DNA of 64,000 nucleotides from a virus (IMGVR_UViG_3300048089_000093:1-64000); one strand, 5' to 3'. Shown: positions 6,412-15,731, counted from the stretch's first letter. The notes: a model not told the origin generated them from the sequence alone. Numbers and translations: made by a program.

Positions 6412-8142
6412 ATGCCGTCCGGACGCAAGCCCAACACCGAGTGGGTGATGGACGAGTCGAGCGTGTTCGACCGCATGCAGATGGCGGTCGGCACCAGCTT
6501 TTCGCACGACGCCGTCCCGAAGTGGATCGAAGAAAACACGTACATCGGCGGCAAGAAGTACAGCTTCGTCGACCACGAGTACCAGCTCAAGATCCTCGCC
6601 TCGCGCAAGCCAGAGCAGTACACGAAGAAGTGCTCGCAGCTGGGGATCTCCGAGCTGAAGGTACGGCGCGTGCTCGCGCTGTGCTACATGATCCCGCACT
6701 TCTCCGCGATCCTGACGCTGCCCACATCGAACTTCGCCTCGATGTTCGCCAAGACCCGGATCGACCCGGTGATCCGTGAGAGTGAGCCTCTACGGGAGGC
6801 GGTCGTCGGCAACAACGACAGCACCGAGCTGAAACAGATCGGTAGCTCGCTGCTCTACATCCGCGGCACGTTCACGCAGAACGCGGCGATCTCGGTGCCG
6901 GCCGACATGCTGCTGCACGACGAGGTAGATTTCTCGGATCAGGACGCCCTCACCAGCTTCCAGTCGCGACTCACGCACTCGAAGCTGAAGTGGAAGATGA
7001 AGACCAGCACGCCAACCGTGCCGCGCTACGGGATCGACGACGAGTTCGCCAACAGCAACCGCTGGTTCAACTTCGTGCGCTGCTGCCACTGCAACCACCA
7101 GTTCATCCCGAGCTACCAGGAGCACGTGGTCGTTCCCGGCTTTCACGGCGATATTTTCTCGCTGGACAAGACGAAGCTGCCGCGCACGCGCTGGCGCGAG
7201 GCGTATCTCGCCTGCCCGAAGTGCAAGAAGAACCCCGACCTGAGCATGGACTTTCGCGAATGGGTCTGCGAGAACCCGGACGAGCAGCACAACGCCGACG
7301 GCACGCAGCTCTCCCCGTTCGACGCGCCGGGCTTCATTACGGTGCAGGATCTGATGCTCTCGCGCACGGGCTATAAGCGGCTGACCGACTTCAAGAACTT
7401 CGGGCTCGGGCAGACCGACGAGGATGAGCTGAGCGGTATCCAGCTGGCCGACCTGGACATGATGCAGATGGTCTACCTACCTGGGTTGGTAGGTTGCGTG
7501 CTGGGCATCGATATGGGTACGACCTGCCACGTGTCCGAGTGCTATATCGACGCGGGCAACCACCTGATGCAGCGGCGCGTGCACCGCATCAACTACAAGG
7601 AGCTGGACGTCGAGCTGGCGAAGATCGTCCAACGATGCAAGCCGATTGTAATGGTGATGGACTCGCAGCCCTACACCGAGACGGTCTACCGGCTCCAGCA
7701 GAAGTACAAGAACCTCTACGCGTCCGTCTACGTTCGGGCCAAGGGCATGCGGCCGTACCGGATGCTCGACGAGGAGGAGGACAAGGTCGACGCGCTGTTC
7801 GACGAGCGGCAGATCAACGTCAACCGGAACATTGCACTCGACTTCCTGATGGAGGACATCCGCGCCGGCCTCGTGGGCAACGACCCGATGCAGCCCGAGG
7901 AGGATCTGCAGGAGTTCCGCGACCACATGCGCGACATGCGCCGCGTGCGGATGGAGGGCGGCAAGAATCAGCCCGATATGGACATGTTCCAGTGGGTGAA
8001 GTCGAAGGTCGAGATCGACCACATGCACCACGCACTGCTCTACGCATGGATCGCCTCGAAGCTGCGCCTCGCCGCGCGCCCGGTGATCGCGGTGTCCAGC
8101 CTCGCGTTCATGTCGAAGATGCGCCTGAAGACCACAATCTGA
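6412..8142 (+). CDS. terL: terminase large subunit (lambda GpA-like)
   Basis: KKCSQLGISE Walker A variant, LLHDEVD Walker B, CxxC pairs (CCHC, CPKC), RNase H-like GIDMG and VMDSQP motifs. Confidence 0.88.
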   Translation: MPSGRKPNTEWVMDESSVFDRMQMAVGTSFSHDAVPKWIEENTYIGGKKYSFVDHEYQLKILASRKPEQYTKKCSQLGISELKVRRVLALCYMIPHFSAILTLPTSNFASMFAKTRIDPVIRESEPLREAVVGNNDSTELKQIGSSLLYIRGTFTQNAAISVPADMLLHDEVDFSDQDALTSFQSRLTHSKLKWKMKTSTPTVPRYGIDDEFANSNRWFNFVRCCHCNHQFIPSYQEHVVVPGFHGDIFSLDKTKLPRTRWREAYLACPKCKKNPDLSMDFREWVCENPDEQHNADGTQLSPFDAPGFITVQDLMLSRTGYKRLTDFKNFGLGQTDEDELSGIQLADLDMMQMVYLPGLVGCVLGIDMGTTCHVSECYIDAGNHLMQRRVHRINYKELDVELAKIVQRCKPIVMVMDSQPYTETVYRLQQKYKNLYASVYVRAKGMRPYRMLDEEEDKVDALFDERQINVNRNIALDFLMEDIRAGLVGNDPMQPEEDLQEFRDHMRDMRRVRMEGGKNQPDMDMFQWVKSKVEIDHMHHALLYAWIASKLRLAARPVIAVSSLAFMSKMRLKTTI

Positions 8143-8146
8143 GACA

Positions 8147-8201
8147 CTGTTCAATTTTTGGCGCTGTTCACGCGGCGTGAACGAAGTCGAAAATTGAACA
8201 G
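8147..8201. repeat. 55-bp nested inverted repeat
   Basis: CTGTTCAATTTT (8147-8158)/AAAATTGAACAG (8190-8201) enclosing GTTCACGC-G-GCGTGAAC. Confidence 0.85.
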
Positions 8202-8298
8202 ACTTCAACCCCAGGAATGTATCGAAGGGTAACAAGGGTGGATTAATGCGCGGCAGTCGCTTAAAAATACGCGACGAGTCCTGCCCACCGGAGGTGCT

Positions 8299-8520
8299 AT
8301 GTCCGCTGCTGAGCGTTTTGACGCCGCCCTGAAGGGTTTCCGGCACACGCTGGAGTTGCTGGACGAGCCGGGCCGATTCACGCGGCCCGTTCACCAGAGG
8401 CCGGTGACTGCGCGGCGCCTGCATATCGCGCGCCTGCTTTTACGCGCCGAGCGTGGCGTGCCCAACACAGAGCCTGACTACAACCCGGCATACTTCGTCG
8501 ACGAGTTGGATCACCACTAG
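8299..8520 (+). CDS. hypothetical protein (73 aa)
   Basis: GGAGG ribosome-binding site upstream of ATG. Confidence 0.5.
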   Translation: MSAAERFDAALKGFRHTLELLDEPGRFTRPVHQRPVTARRLHIARLLLRAERGVPNTEPDYNPAYFVDELDHH

Positions 8521-8574
8521 TCAGTCCCGCCCAGAAAAACCCCCGCAATCGCTCACTGGTCCGAGTGATTTTCT

Positions 8575-8603
8575 AGCCCGCAGAGCAATCTGCGGGCTTT
8601 TTT
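8575..8603 (+). terminator. intrinsic terminator
   Basis: AGCCCGCAGA-GCAA-TCTGCGGGCT-TTTTT. Confidence 0.85.
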
Positions 8604-8673
8604 AATTCCGCTTCGATTAGAATTCCGCTGCTGGCCGCTCCCGGCACCCACCCTAAAAGATAAGGATTCCGAA

Positions 8674-9036
8674 ATGAAAGTCTCTCTGGCACTCGCCCTC
8701 ACCCAAGTCGCGTTCGGCTCCATCGGCCTGTCGGACGACACCATCGCCGGCAAGCTGCGCGTCTCGATCTACACCACCGACCGCGCGACCGTGGTCGCCA
8801 CGCAGGACATCGACGACAGCAACGGCAACCCGGTCGCCGTGTTCGAAGGCGTCGCCGCTGGCACCTACATCGGCGTCGCCCAGCGCCTGACCGGCGACGA
8901 CACGCAGGCCAACCTCGGCTCGCCGTTCGAGCTGAGCTTCGCTGTCGACGAGGTGAGCCCGCCGGCCCCGAAGACCTTCGGCCAGCCGAGCGGCCTGTCG
9001 GTGACCGTGGAAGCTGACGCTGCAGCGACCGCCTAA
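8674..9036 (+). CDS. hypothetical beta-rich (Ig-like?) protein, 120 aa
   Basis: AAGGA ribosome-binding site; strong phage codon usage; C-terminal TFGQPSGLSVTVE. Confidence 0.7.
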   Translation: MKVSLALALTQVAFGSIGLSDDTIAGKLRVSIYTTDRATVVATQDIDDSNGNPVAVFEGVAAGTYIGVAQRLTGDDTQANLGSPFELSFAVDEVSPPAPKTFGQPSGLSVTVEADAAATA

Positions 9037-9168
9037 ATGATCACGCGGCTGCTGCTCGCTCTCCTGCGATACATCCTCGGCAGAGGTGGGCGAGGAAAGC
9101 GTCAGCACCCTGCTCGCACCTTCGGCCAGCCGGTCGGCGTGAGGGTGCAGGTCGAAAAGGATGTTTGA
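9037..9168 (+). CDS. 43-aa peptide with hydrophobic N-terminus and TFGQP motif
   Basis: MITRLLLALLRYILGRGGRGKRQHPARTFGQPVGVRVQVEKDV; ATG directly follows the upstream TAA. Confidence 0.55.
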   Translation: MITRLLLALLRYILGRGGRGKRQHPARTFGQPVGVRVQVEKDV

Positions 9169-9364
9169 CAGAGATCGTCAGGACGACTAACCTCCGGGTC
9201 AACGACTGGCCCACCCGGTCGCCAGATCCAGAATACCGGTAAAGAAGTAAGCGCAACCCCCAGCGCACCCAGAAGTCAAGGTCGTTGCAGCAGGGCGACC
9301 TGTATCGCAGATCCCCGGTCTGCGGTATGCAGTGCTCAGTGGAAGTGAGTCCATGTTCGGCCCC

Positions 9365-9402
9365 GACGCCGCGTATCGAAAGGTGCGCGGCGTCTCTCTT
9401 TT
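9365..9402 (+). terminator. terminator-like hairpin upstream of the portal promoter
   Basis: GACGCCGCG-TATC-GAAA-GGTG-CGCGGCGTC then TCTCTTTT. Confidence 0.7.
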
Positions 9403-9413
9403 CAGCGGCTTTC

Positions 9414-9442
9414 TTGCGTAGTCCTAACTAATCCAGTAAATT
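9414..9442 (+). promoter_or_regulatory. sigma70-like promoter of portal/head operon
   Basis: TTGCGT-17 nt-TAAATT. Confidence 0.5.
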
Positions 9443-9468
9443 TCGGCTCAACACACGGGGTGAGGTAT

Positions 9469-11211
9469 ATGGCAGGCATTCGCGAGATGGTAAAAACTGT
9501 GCTGGGTTCGCTCGTGGACAACGGGCGCACCGGTGCACAGCAGCGCCTCGCGAAGCACGAGGCCGAGAAGCAGCGGAAAGAACCCACCTCGACGTCGGTG
9601 AAGATCGGCGCGCGGCGCGTCCCTACCGTCGCCATCACCGCGCGCGACGGCTCCGTCTCATACGAAGTCCTCGGCCCGGCCACGCCGGCGGCCGGCAGCA
9701 GCACTGCGGATCTGCCCGACGTCGCCGACCCGAAGATCAAGGGCAAGGGCGGCACCACCACCCCCACCATCTTCACGACCGCCAAACCGGCGACGACGTC
9801 TGCGCTCACCGACACGGATCGAGGGACAACCAACCTCGACCTGACGACACTGCGCAACACCGGCACGACGAAGCAGAACGTCCAGATCTTCTCGAAGGTC
9901 AACCCGGAACTCGCCGCGGCGGTCGACGCGTACGTACGCCTCGCGCTCACCAACGCGACCGCGATTGCCTACGACCGCACCACCGGCGCCGTCGACCCGG
10001 CGGGCTCTGCAGCGATCCAGCAATGGCTGCGCCAGAACGATGCGATCGGCCAGTACGACCAAGGGTTCAACCCGAACTACACGCTGCGCGCCCTGTGCGA
10101 GATGTGGGCGGTCGAGCTGCGCCAGTTCGGCTCGGCCGCGGTCGAAGTCGTGCTCGACCAGGCGCGCGTGCCGACACGTCTGCAGCCGGTCGGCTCGCGC
10201 GACATCAAATGGTTTCCAGGCAAGAGCGGCAAGTGGGCGGTCCCGGTGCAGGTGGTGGGCGGCCAGAACGTCTCGCTCGACATCCCGGCGTTCATCTACG
10301 TGTCGCTCGACCAGTCGCTCTACACCGCGTACAGCGAGTCACCGATGGAGCCCGCGCTGCAGGCGACCCTCTTTGGCCTGCAACTGCTCAACGACATCCG
10401 CCGCGTGATCCGCATCAACCTGCACCCGCGCACGGTCATCACCGTGAAGACGGAGGAGCTGCAGGGGCTGATTCCGCCCGAGGCCCAGCAGGACTCCGAC
10501 AAGATGCTGGAGTTCTACAACGGGTTCATCGCGCAGATCGGCAGCTCGATCGATGGGCTGGAGCCGGAAGATGCGCTCGTGGTGCTCGACTCGATGGAAG
10601 TGGACATCCTCGACCGCGGCAACTCGTCGCTCTCCGCCGAGTACGACCAGCTCTCGAAGATGGCCGACTCGAAGGTCTCCTCAGGCGCCAAGGTGCTGCC
10701 CGGCATCATCGGCCGCGGCACGAACGCGAGCAACACGTCGGTCGAGTCGATGATCTTCATCAAGCAGGTCGAGGGCTCCACGCAGAAGCCGTTGAACGAG
10801 CTGCTCTCGCGCTCGCTGACGCTGATCCTGCGCATGCTAGGTAGCGACTCGGTCGTGAAGTTCAAGCTCTCGGACATCAACCTGCGGCCCGAGATCGAGC
10901 TGGAAGCATTCAGGAATCAGCGCCAGGCCCGCTACATGGAGCTGCTCTCGCTCGGGTTCATCTCGGACGAGCAGGCGTCTATCGAGCTTACTGGCGAGCT
11001 TCCGTCGGGCGACTTCACCGCGCTCTCGGGCACACGCTTCTACGAGCCGACCACGGTCGCCACCGCGGCGACGAACCCGTACTCGGGCACGAGCGCGGGC
11101 GGCTCGCCGGGGCAGGACGGCGGCGGCGGCAGCCAGAGCGAGCAGCTGCAGAACACACCCAAGTCGGGCAAGACCGGCGCGCAACCCAAACAGTCAAAGG
11201 CAAAACAATGA
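9469..11211 (+). CDS. portal protein
   Basis: About 580 aa between terminase and S49 protease; GAGGT ribosome-binding site favours ATG 9469; low-complexity termini. Confidence 0.75.
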   Translation: MAGIREMVKTVLGSLVDNGRTGAQQRLAKHEAEKQRKEPTSTSVKIGARRVPTVAITARDGSVSYEVLGPATPAAGSSTADLPDVADPKIKGKGGTTTPTIFTTAKPATTSALTDTDRGTTNLDLTTLRNTGTTKQNVQIFSKVNPELAAAVDAYVRLALTNATAIAYDRTTGAVDPAGSAAIQQWLRQNDAIGQYDQGFNPNYTLRALCEMWAVELRQFGSAAVEVVLDQARVPTRLQPVGSRDIKWFPGKSGKWAVPVQVVGGQNVSLDIPAFIYVSLDQSLYTAYSESPMEPALQATLFGLQLLNDIRRVIRINLHPRTVITVKTEELQGLIPPEAQQDSDKMLEFYNGFIAQIGSSIDGLEPEDALVVLDSMEVDILDRGNSSLSAEYDQLSKMADSKVSSGAKVLPGIIGRGTNASNTSVESMIFIKQVEGSTQKPLNELLSRSLTLILRMLGSDSVVKFKLSDINLRPEIELEAFRNQRQARYMELLSLGFISDEQASIELTGELPSGDFTALSGTRFYEPTTVATAATNPYSGTSAGGSPGQDGGGGSQSEQLQNTPKSGKTGAQPKQSKAKQ

Positions 11212-12209
11212 ACCTCCTCCAGCTACTCGGCGGTCAGATGCTGTGGGCAGGCAGCGGCGACTCGCTCGCATCCACCCTGCTCGCCCTGATCTCGGACGAG
11301 TTCAAGACGGCACGCGCGGAAGCAGACGAAGACCGCCGCGAGTTTCTCGCCGCGCGCGCGGCGCGACATGAGAAGCGTCAGGCGGTGCTCAAGCAGGTGC
11401 AGTCCGTGTCGGCCGCGTTTCGCGTCGACATGGGCGACGAGGGCGACGACCAGGAAGAAGAACGCAAGCGCTACAGCTCCGCGCCGCTCACAGTCGGTGC
11501 CGACGGCGTCGGCGTGATCTCGATCAACGGCGGCCTCGTCAGCACTGACAAGTGGTATCTGAAGTACATGGGCATGGTCGGCTACCCGCACATCCAGGAC
11601 TCGCTGGTCGAAGCGTACAAGCGCCCCGACGTGACGAGCGTTGTGCTGCAGATCAAGTCGCCGGGCGGCGCCGTCTCGGGCGTGAAGGAAACTGGCGACG
11701 CGATCCGCGCGCTGAACACCTTCAAGCCGGTGTCCACGTTCGCCGACGGCATCATGGCCTCGGGCGGCTACTGGCTCGGCTCGCAGACGGGCGACATCAC
11801 CGCCGGCGAGATGAGCCAGCTCGGCTCCATCGGCGTGATCATGACGCACCTGGAGTACAGCAAGATGTTGGAGCAGGCGGGCATCACCGCAACGGTGATG
11901 CGCAAGGGCGAGTACAAGGCACTGCTCTCGCCGTACGAACCGCTCTCCGACAAGGCCAGGGCTCAGGCCCAGGCCGACATGGATTTCATCTACGAAGCCT
12001 TCACGAGCGATGTCGCGCGCGGCATGAACGTCGCGCAGGACCGCGTCAAAAGCAGCTGGGGCGAAGGCAAAGTGTTCTGGACCGATGAGGCAGTCTCACT
12101 CGGAATGGCGAATTCTTCAGGATCTCTAACTGATGCTGTTGCAAAATCGCGGCAAAACGCAGAGAATCGCGCCAAACAGACGACTGGCATTTTCCGCCTA
12201 CCCTCTTAA
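11208..12209 (+). CDS. S49 family prohead protease
   Basis: IKSPGGAVSG, MASGGYW, GSIGV and GEYK motifs. Confidence 0.92.
   Translation: MNLLQLLGGQMLWAGSGDSLASTLLALISDEFKTARAEADEDRREFLAARAARHEKRQAVLKQVQSVSAAFRVDMGDEGDDQEEERKRYSSAPLTVGADGVGVISINGGLVSTDKWYLKYMGMVGYPHIQDSLVEAYKRPDVTSVVLQIKSPGGAVSGVKETGDAIRALNTFKPVSTFADGIMASGGYWLGSQTGDITAGEMSQLGSIGVIMTHLEYSKMLEQAGITATVMRKGEYKALLSPYEPLSDKARAQAQADMDFIYEAFTSDVARGMNVAQDRVKSSWGEGKVFWTDEAVSLGMANSSGSLTDAVAKSRQNAENRAKQTTGIFRLPS
12139..12167 (+). promoter_or_regulatory. promoter embedded in the protease 3' end
   Basis: TTGCAA-17 nt-GAGAAT in an AT-richer patch; contains two AATCGCGSCAA copies. Confidence 0.5.
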
Positions 12210-12221
12210 AGGACATTTGAA

Positions 12222-12848
12222 ATGAGTATCCAGGATCTGATGGCAGCGGCGGCAAAAGCGCAAGCTGCGAAGACCGAAGCCGCTGCCGCAGCTTCTGGTG
12301 TGGCGAAGACTGAGATCGCCGTTGCGGCAGAAGCCGCAGCGGGCGGCGCAGGTGAAGGCGCCACGCAGACCACGCAGGCGGCAGCCGCGGGCGCGGGCGC
12401 AGCAGGTGACGGCAAGGGCGGTGAGGGAGCGGAGGCCGCGGCCGGTGCGGTGGCGCCGGCTGCAGCAGCCACCGCGCCGGATCTGTCGGCGCTGGTCGCC
12501 AAGGTCACCGACCTCTCGATCGCCAACGTCAAGCTCGAAGCCGAACGTGATTCGTACCTCGCTTCGTGCGCGGCGATGATCACGGTCGTGTCCGACTCGC
12601 TGGACCGCATGAGCATCGCGCTCGGCGGCGGCAAGATCGATGTGTCGAAGATGACGCCCGAAACGCTCGTCGCGCAGCATACGGCGACCGCTGCGACGTT
12701 CGCGGCGAAGTTCCCGATCGGCGGTGTCGCCGCGGTGCCGGCGGGCGCAGAAGTGAATCAGGAAGCGCAGGATGCGAAGAAACATGACCTGTTCCTTCAC
12801 AACCAGCGCGTCGCAGCGGCTGCGGGCAGCTTCGCTGTGAAGAAGTAA
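12222..12848 (+). CDS. putative scaffolding protein
   Basis: Ala-rich, coiled-coil-like; lies between protease and capsid genes. Confidence 0.55.
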   Translation: MSIQDLMAAAAKAQAAKTEAAAAASGVAKTEIAVAAEAAAGGAGEGATQTTQAAAAGAGAAGDGKGGEGAEAAAGAVAPAAAATAPDLSALVAKVTDLSIANVKLEAERDSYLASCAAMITVVSDSLDRMSIALGGGKIDVSKMTPETLVAQHTATAATFAAKFPIGGVAAVPAGAEVNQEAQDAKKHDLFLHNQRVAAAAGSFAVKK

Positions 12849-12908
12849 GGCTTTGCCCGATCAAGCAACCCGCCCTTGGGCGAACCCAAAACTTCAGGAG
12901 TCCTGAAA

Positions 12909-13397
12909 ATGGTTAAGAAAGTAGTCCTCACGGAAACGTCGAGCGATAACACGCCGGTCGTGACGGCCAAGCTGGGCACCGCCAGCAATTACTTCACCGA
13001 CGCAGACCGCGGCAAGGCCGTGAAGCTCATCGGCGACTCGAACTACGGCGTGTGCGCGGCCGGCGACGAGATCGAAGGCTTCGTGTCGTCGATCGAAAAC
13101 TTCACCGCAGACAACCAGACGGTCGGTTCGGTGCGCGTTGGCCCGTCGGGCAACAAGAAGGAAGCGATGATCGCAGCCGCAGGTTGGGCGATCGGCAACT
13201 ACGTCGTGGCGGATGCGCAGGCTGCGCTCGGCACGTACAACGACGCGATGCAGTTCCCGCGTCCGAAGGTCAAGCTGACCGCTGACCAGGTTGCCGCGAC
13301 GATCTCTGCGCTCAAGTTCAAGTGGCGAATCATCGCGTGCCTTCAGGGCACGACGGTCGGCGCCGCGAACGGCGTCGTGGTTATCGAGCGCGTCTAA
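12909..13397 (+). CDS. putative capsid decoration/cement protein
   Basis: CAGGAG ribosome-binding site before ATG 12909; directly upstream of the major capsid gene. Confidence 0.55.
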   Translation: MVKKVVLTETSSDNTPVVTAKLGTASNYFTDADRGKAVKLIGDSNYGVCAAGDEIEGFVSSIENFTADNQTVGSVRVGPSGNKKEAMIAAAGWAIGNYVVADAQAALGTYNDAMQFPRPKVKLTADQVAATISALKFKWRIIACLQGTTVGAANGVVVIERV

Positions 13398-13443
13398 GGC
13401 CCACAGCCAGAGCGTAATTAAAATCCTTTAAGGGGAAATCAGA

Positions 13444-14634
13444 ATGAAAGTCACGTTCCTCGACGCTGCGGGCCAGAACCAGCAAGCGTCGCTGCCGACG
13501 AATCTGTACCAGCTCGCGCACGACGAAGGCATGACGGTCGACGCGTACCTGTCCAACCGCTACAAGACGGATGCCGCCAAGTTCGGCTCGTCGATGCACC
13601 AGATGTTCGCGTCGGCCGGCATCTTCATGAGCGACAACCCGACGCTCGGCATCAAGAAGACCACGGTCGCGGCGGCCATGAACGGCACCTGCGACAGCAA
13701 CTTTCAGGCTGCAGGCTCGGCCAACCTGGCCGACGCTGTCCCGGCATCGCGCATCCTGTTCCCGGCTGCCGTGCTGCAGATGGTCGAGAACCAGCTGTAC
13801 GGCAACCGCAACAGCGAGATCGCGCTGTTCGACAGCTTCATCGCTGCGAAGGAAACCGTCGCAGGCTCGCGCTACCAGTGGCCGGTGCTGAACTACGATC
13901 GCCCGTCGCAAGCGGCGAGCGCGCGTATTTCGCAGCTGTCCGAGCCGAACCTGATGATGACGCTGACCGCGAGCGACAAGACGGGCACGATCCCGACCTT
14001 CGCTCTCGGCCTCGTCATCTCGGACGAAGCGATGAAGCAGAACACGCTGGACTTCGTCGCGCTGTCGATGACCCGTCAGGCAGAAATCGAAGCGGGCAAC
14101 CGCCTCGACGAGTGCATCTCGGCGATGGTCAACGGTGACGTGGACATCGGTCAGGGCGCGCTGGCAGTGAACAAGGTGTCGGCCTACGACAGCTCGATCA
14201 CGACCGACAGCGTGATCACGCACCTGTCGTGGATCAAGTGGCTCGCGAAGAACCGCCGCATCCGCCAGATCAACGTCTGCCTGATGACGATCGACACCTT
14301 CTTCAAGGTGGAGAACCGCACCGGCAAGCCGATCAAGACGGAAGACTCGACGGCTCAACCGTTCGACCAGACCCCGGACATCATCCCGACGCTGCTGAAC
14401 CTCTCGCTCTCGGGCGTGAAGGTGATGCTGGTCGAGAACACGGTGATCCCGGACGACGTGATCGTGGGCTTCGACACGCGCTACGCGATGCGCAAGATCA
14501 CGAACTCGGAAGCCGAGTACTCGGCAGCTGAAAAGCTCGTGCTGCGCAAAGCGAACAGCATGCGCTGGGACTGGGGCTACACGATCCACCGCCTGTACGA
14601 CCAGGCGTGGGACGTGCTCTCGCTGACGCACTAA
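13444..14634 (+). CDS. major capsid protein
   Basis: 396 aa, strongly biased codons, AT-rich leader, position in head operon, followed by a terminator. Confidence 0.75.
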   Translation: MKVTFLDAAGQNQQASLPTNLYQLAHDEGMTVDAYLSNRYKTDAAKFGSSMHQMFASAGIFMSDNPTLGIKKTTVAAAMNGTCDSNFQAAGSANLADAVPASRILFPAAVLQMVENQLYGNRNSEIALFDSFIAAKETVAGSRYQWPVLNYDRPSQAASARISQLSEPNLMMTLTASDKTGTIPTFALGLVISDEAMKQNTLDFVALSMTRQAEIEAGNRLDECISAMVNGDVDIGQGALAVNKVSAYDSSITTDSVITHLSWIKWLAKNRRIRQINVCLMTIDTFFKVENRTGKPIKTEDSTAQPFDQTPDIIPTLLNLSLSGVKVMLVENTVIPDDVIVGFDTRYAMRKITNSEAEYSAAEKLVLRKANSMRWDWGYTIHRLYDQAWDVLSLTH

Positions 14635-14644
14635 GCGTCGGGCG

Positions 14645-14713
14645 CCAGCTGGGAGACCCCGGCTGGTCGAGCCTTCAGACGGGCCGGTTGGGAGATCCTG
14701 GCCGGCCCGTTTT
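14645..14713 (+). terminator. tandem hairpins/terminator after the capsid gene
   Basis: Hairpins 14645-14666 and 14679-14710, both capped by TGGGAGA(C/T)CC; the second is followed by a T run. Confidence 0.65.
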
Positions 14714-14734
14714 ACATTCAAAACTGGAGCTGAC

Positions 14735-15214
14735 ATGAACATCAAGAAAAGCGCGGTGATGCTCGCGATCGAGGAGCGCGCCAAGGCGCTCGAAGAACAC
14801 ATTGGCGCGGCCGTGTCCGTGACCGCACTCGTGGGCGATCTGCGCCACGTATTCACCGGCGTCGTGTTCAAGGTGGGTGCCGCGATTGAGGCAGAGTTTG
14901 ACGGCTTCCTGCGCGGCCAGCTGCTCGCCGGCCGGGTCGTCGTCGAGAAAGACGGTGTACCGCTCGCCGCGGCGCCCGTCGCGATCGTGAAGCAGGCCGA
15001 AGGCTCGGGCGTGACCTCCGACGAAGTGAAGTCGAACGTCGAGCAGCTGATCAAGGAAAGCCTGCCGGCCCAGACGCCGGAAGCGCCGACCGAGCAGACA
15101 CCGGAAGCACCGAGCGAGCCCGAAGCTCCCGCGCAGGAACCGGAAGCCGCCGTGGAGCAGCCCGCCGCGCCGGCCGCAGCCAAGTCTTCGATCCTGAAGA
15201 AGCCGGCCGCTTAA
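14735..15214 (+). CDS. hypothetical protein with Pro/Glu/Ala-rich tail
   Basis: GGAG ribosome-binding site; EAP repeats at the C-terminus. Confidence 0.65.
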   Translation: MNIKKSAVMLAIEERAKALEEHIGAAVSVTALVGDLRHVFTGVVFKVGAAIEAEFDGFLRGQLLAGRVVVEKDGVPLAAAPVAIVKQAEGSGVTSDEVKSNVEQLIKESLPAQTPEAPTEQTPEAPSEPEAPAQEPEAAVEQPAAPAAAKSSILKKPAA

Positions 15215-15227
15215 GGAGCCCCTGACG

Positions 15228-15731
15228 ATGCCCATCATCGAGAAGCTCTCTGACGTCGTCACGGATGACGAGCTGCGCGCGATGCTGGGCGTCGCAGTGA
15301 AGGAGATGAAGAACGGGACCACGGAGCTGCCGGTGTATCTCCGATCGGTCAAGGTCCAGTCGGATCGCACGGACAAGCGCGCGTGGAAACTCTACGCCGC
15401 GCTGGGCGCCGACCGGACTGCGTACTCCGAGGACGAGGAAGCGTTCAGCGACCTGTACCTTACGTTCCTCGCGTGGAGCACCGCGCGCGTGGTCGCCATC
15501 GCACTGCCGCAGTTCTCCCCACAGGAGATTGGCGACGGTAAGGCGCTGATGCAGCGCAATGACGACGCCAGCGTGACGACCATCGCGAACATCGACCGGC
15601 AGATCGGGGAGGTCGTGCCGCTGCTCGTCGCAGCGATCGACGTATTGCAGCCCGCTCAGGCCGCCCAGGTGACGACTGCATTCAGTGTCGCCACGTTCGG
15701 TGCGACTGGCGACCCCGTAACCGGGACATAG
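15228..15731 (+). CDS. putative head-tail adaptor
   Basis: Position and size after the capsid genes; AAGGAG ribosome-binding site. Confidence 0.5.
   Translation: MPIIEKLSDVVTDDELRAMLGVAVKEMKNGTTELPVYLRSVKVQSDRTDKRAWKLYAALGADRTAYSEDEEAFSDLYLTFLAWSTARVVAIALPQFSPQEIGDGKALMQRNDDASVTTIANIDRQIGEVVPLLVAAIDVLQPAQAAQVTTAFSVATFGATGDPVTGT

Noticed and set aside
8147-8201. N15-type telomere resolution site
   Set aside because: The dyad has an odd one-base centre and imperfect arms, and no protelomerase is seen in the window; kept only as an unexplained palindrome.
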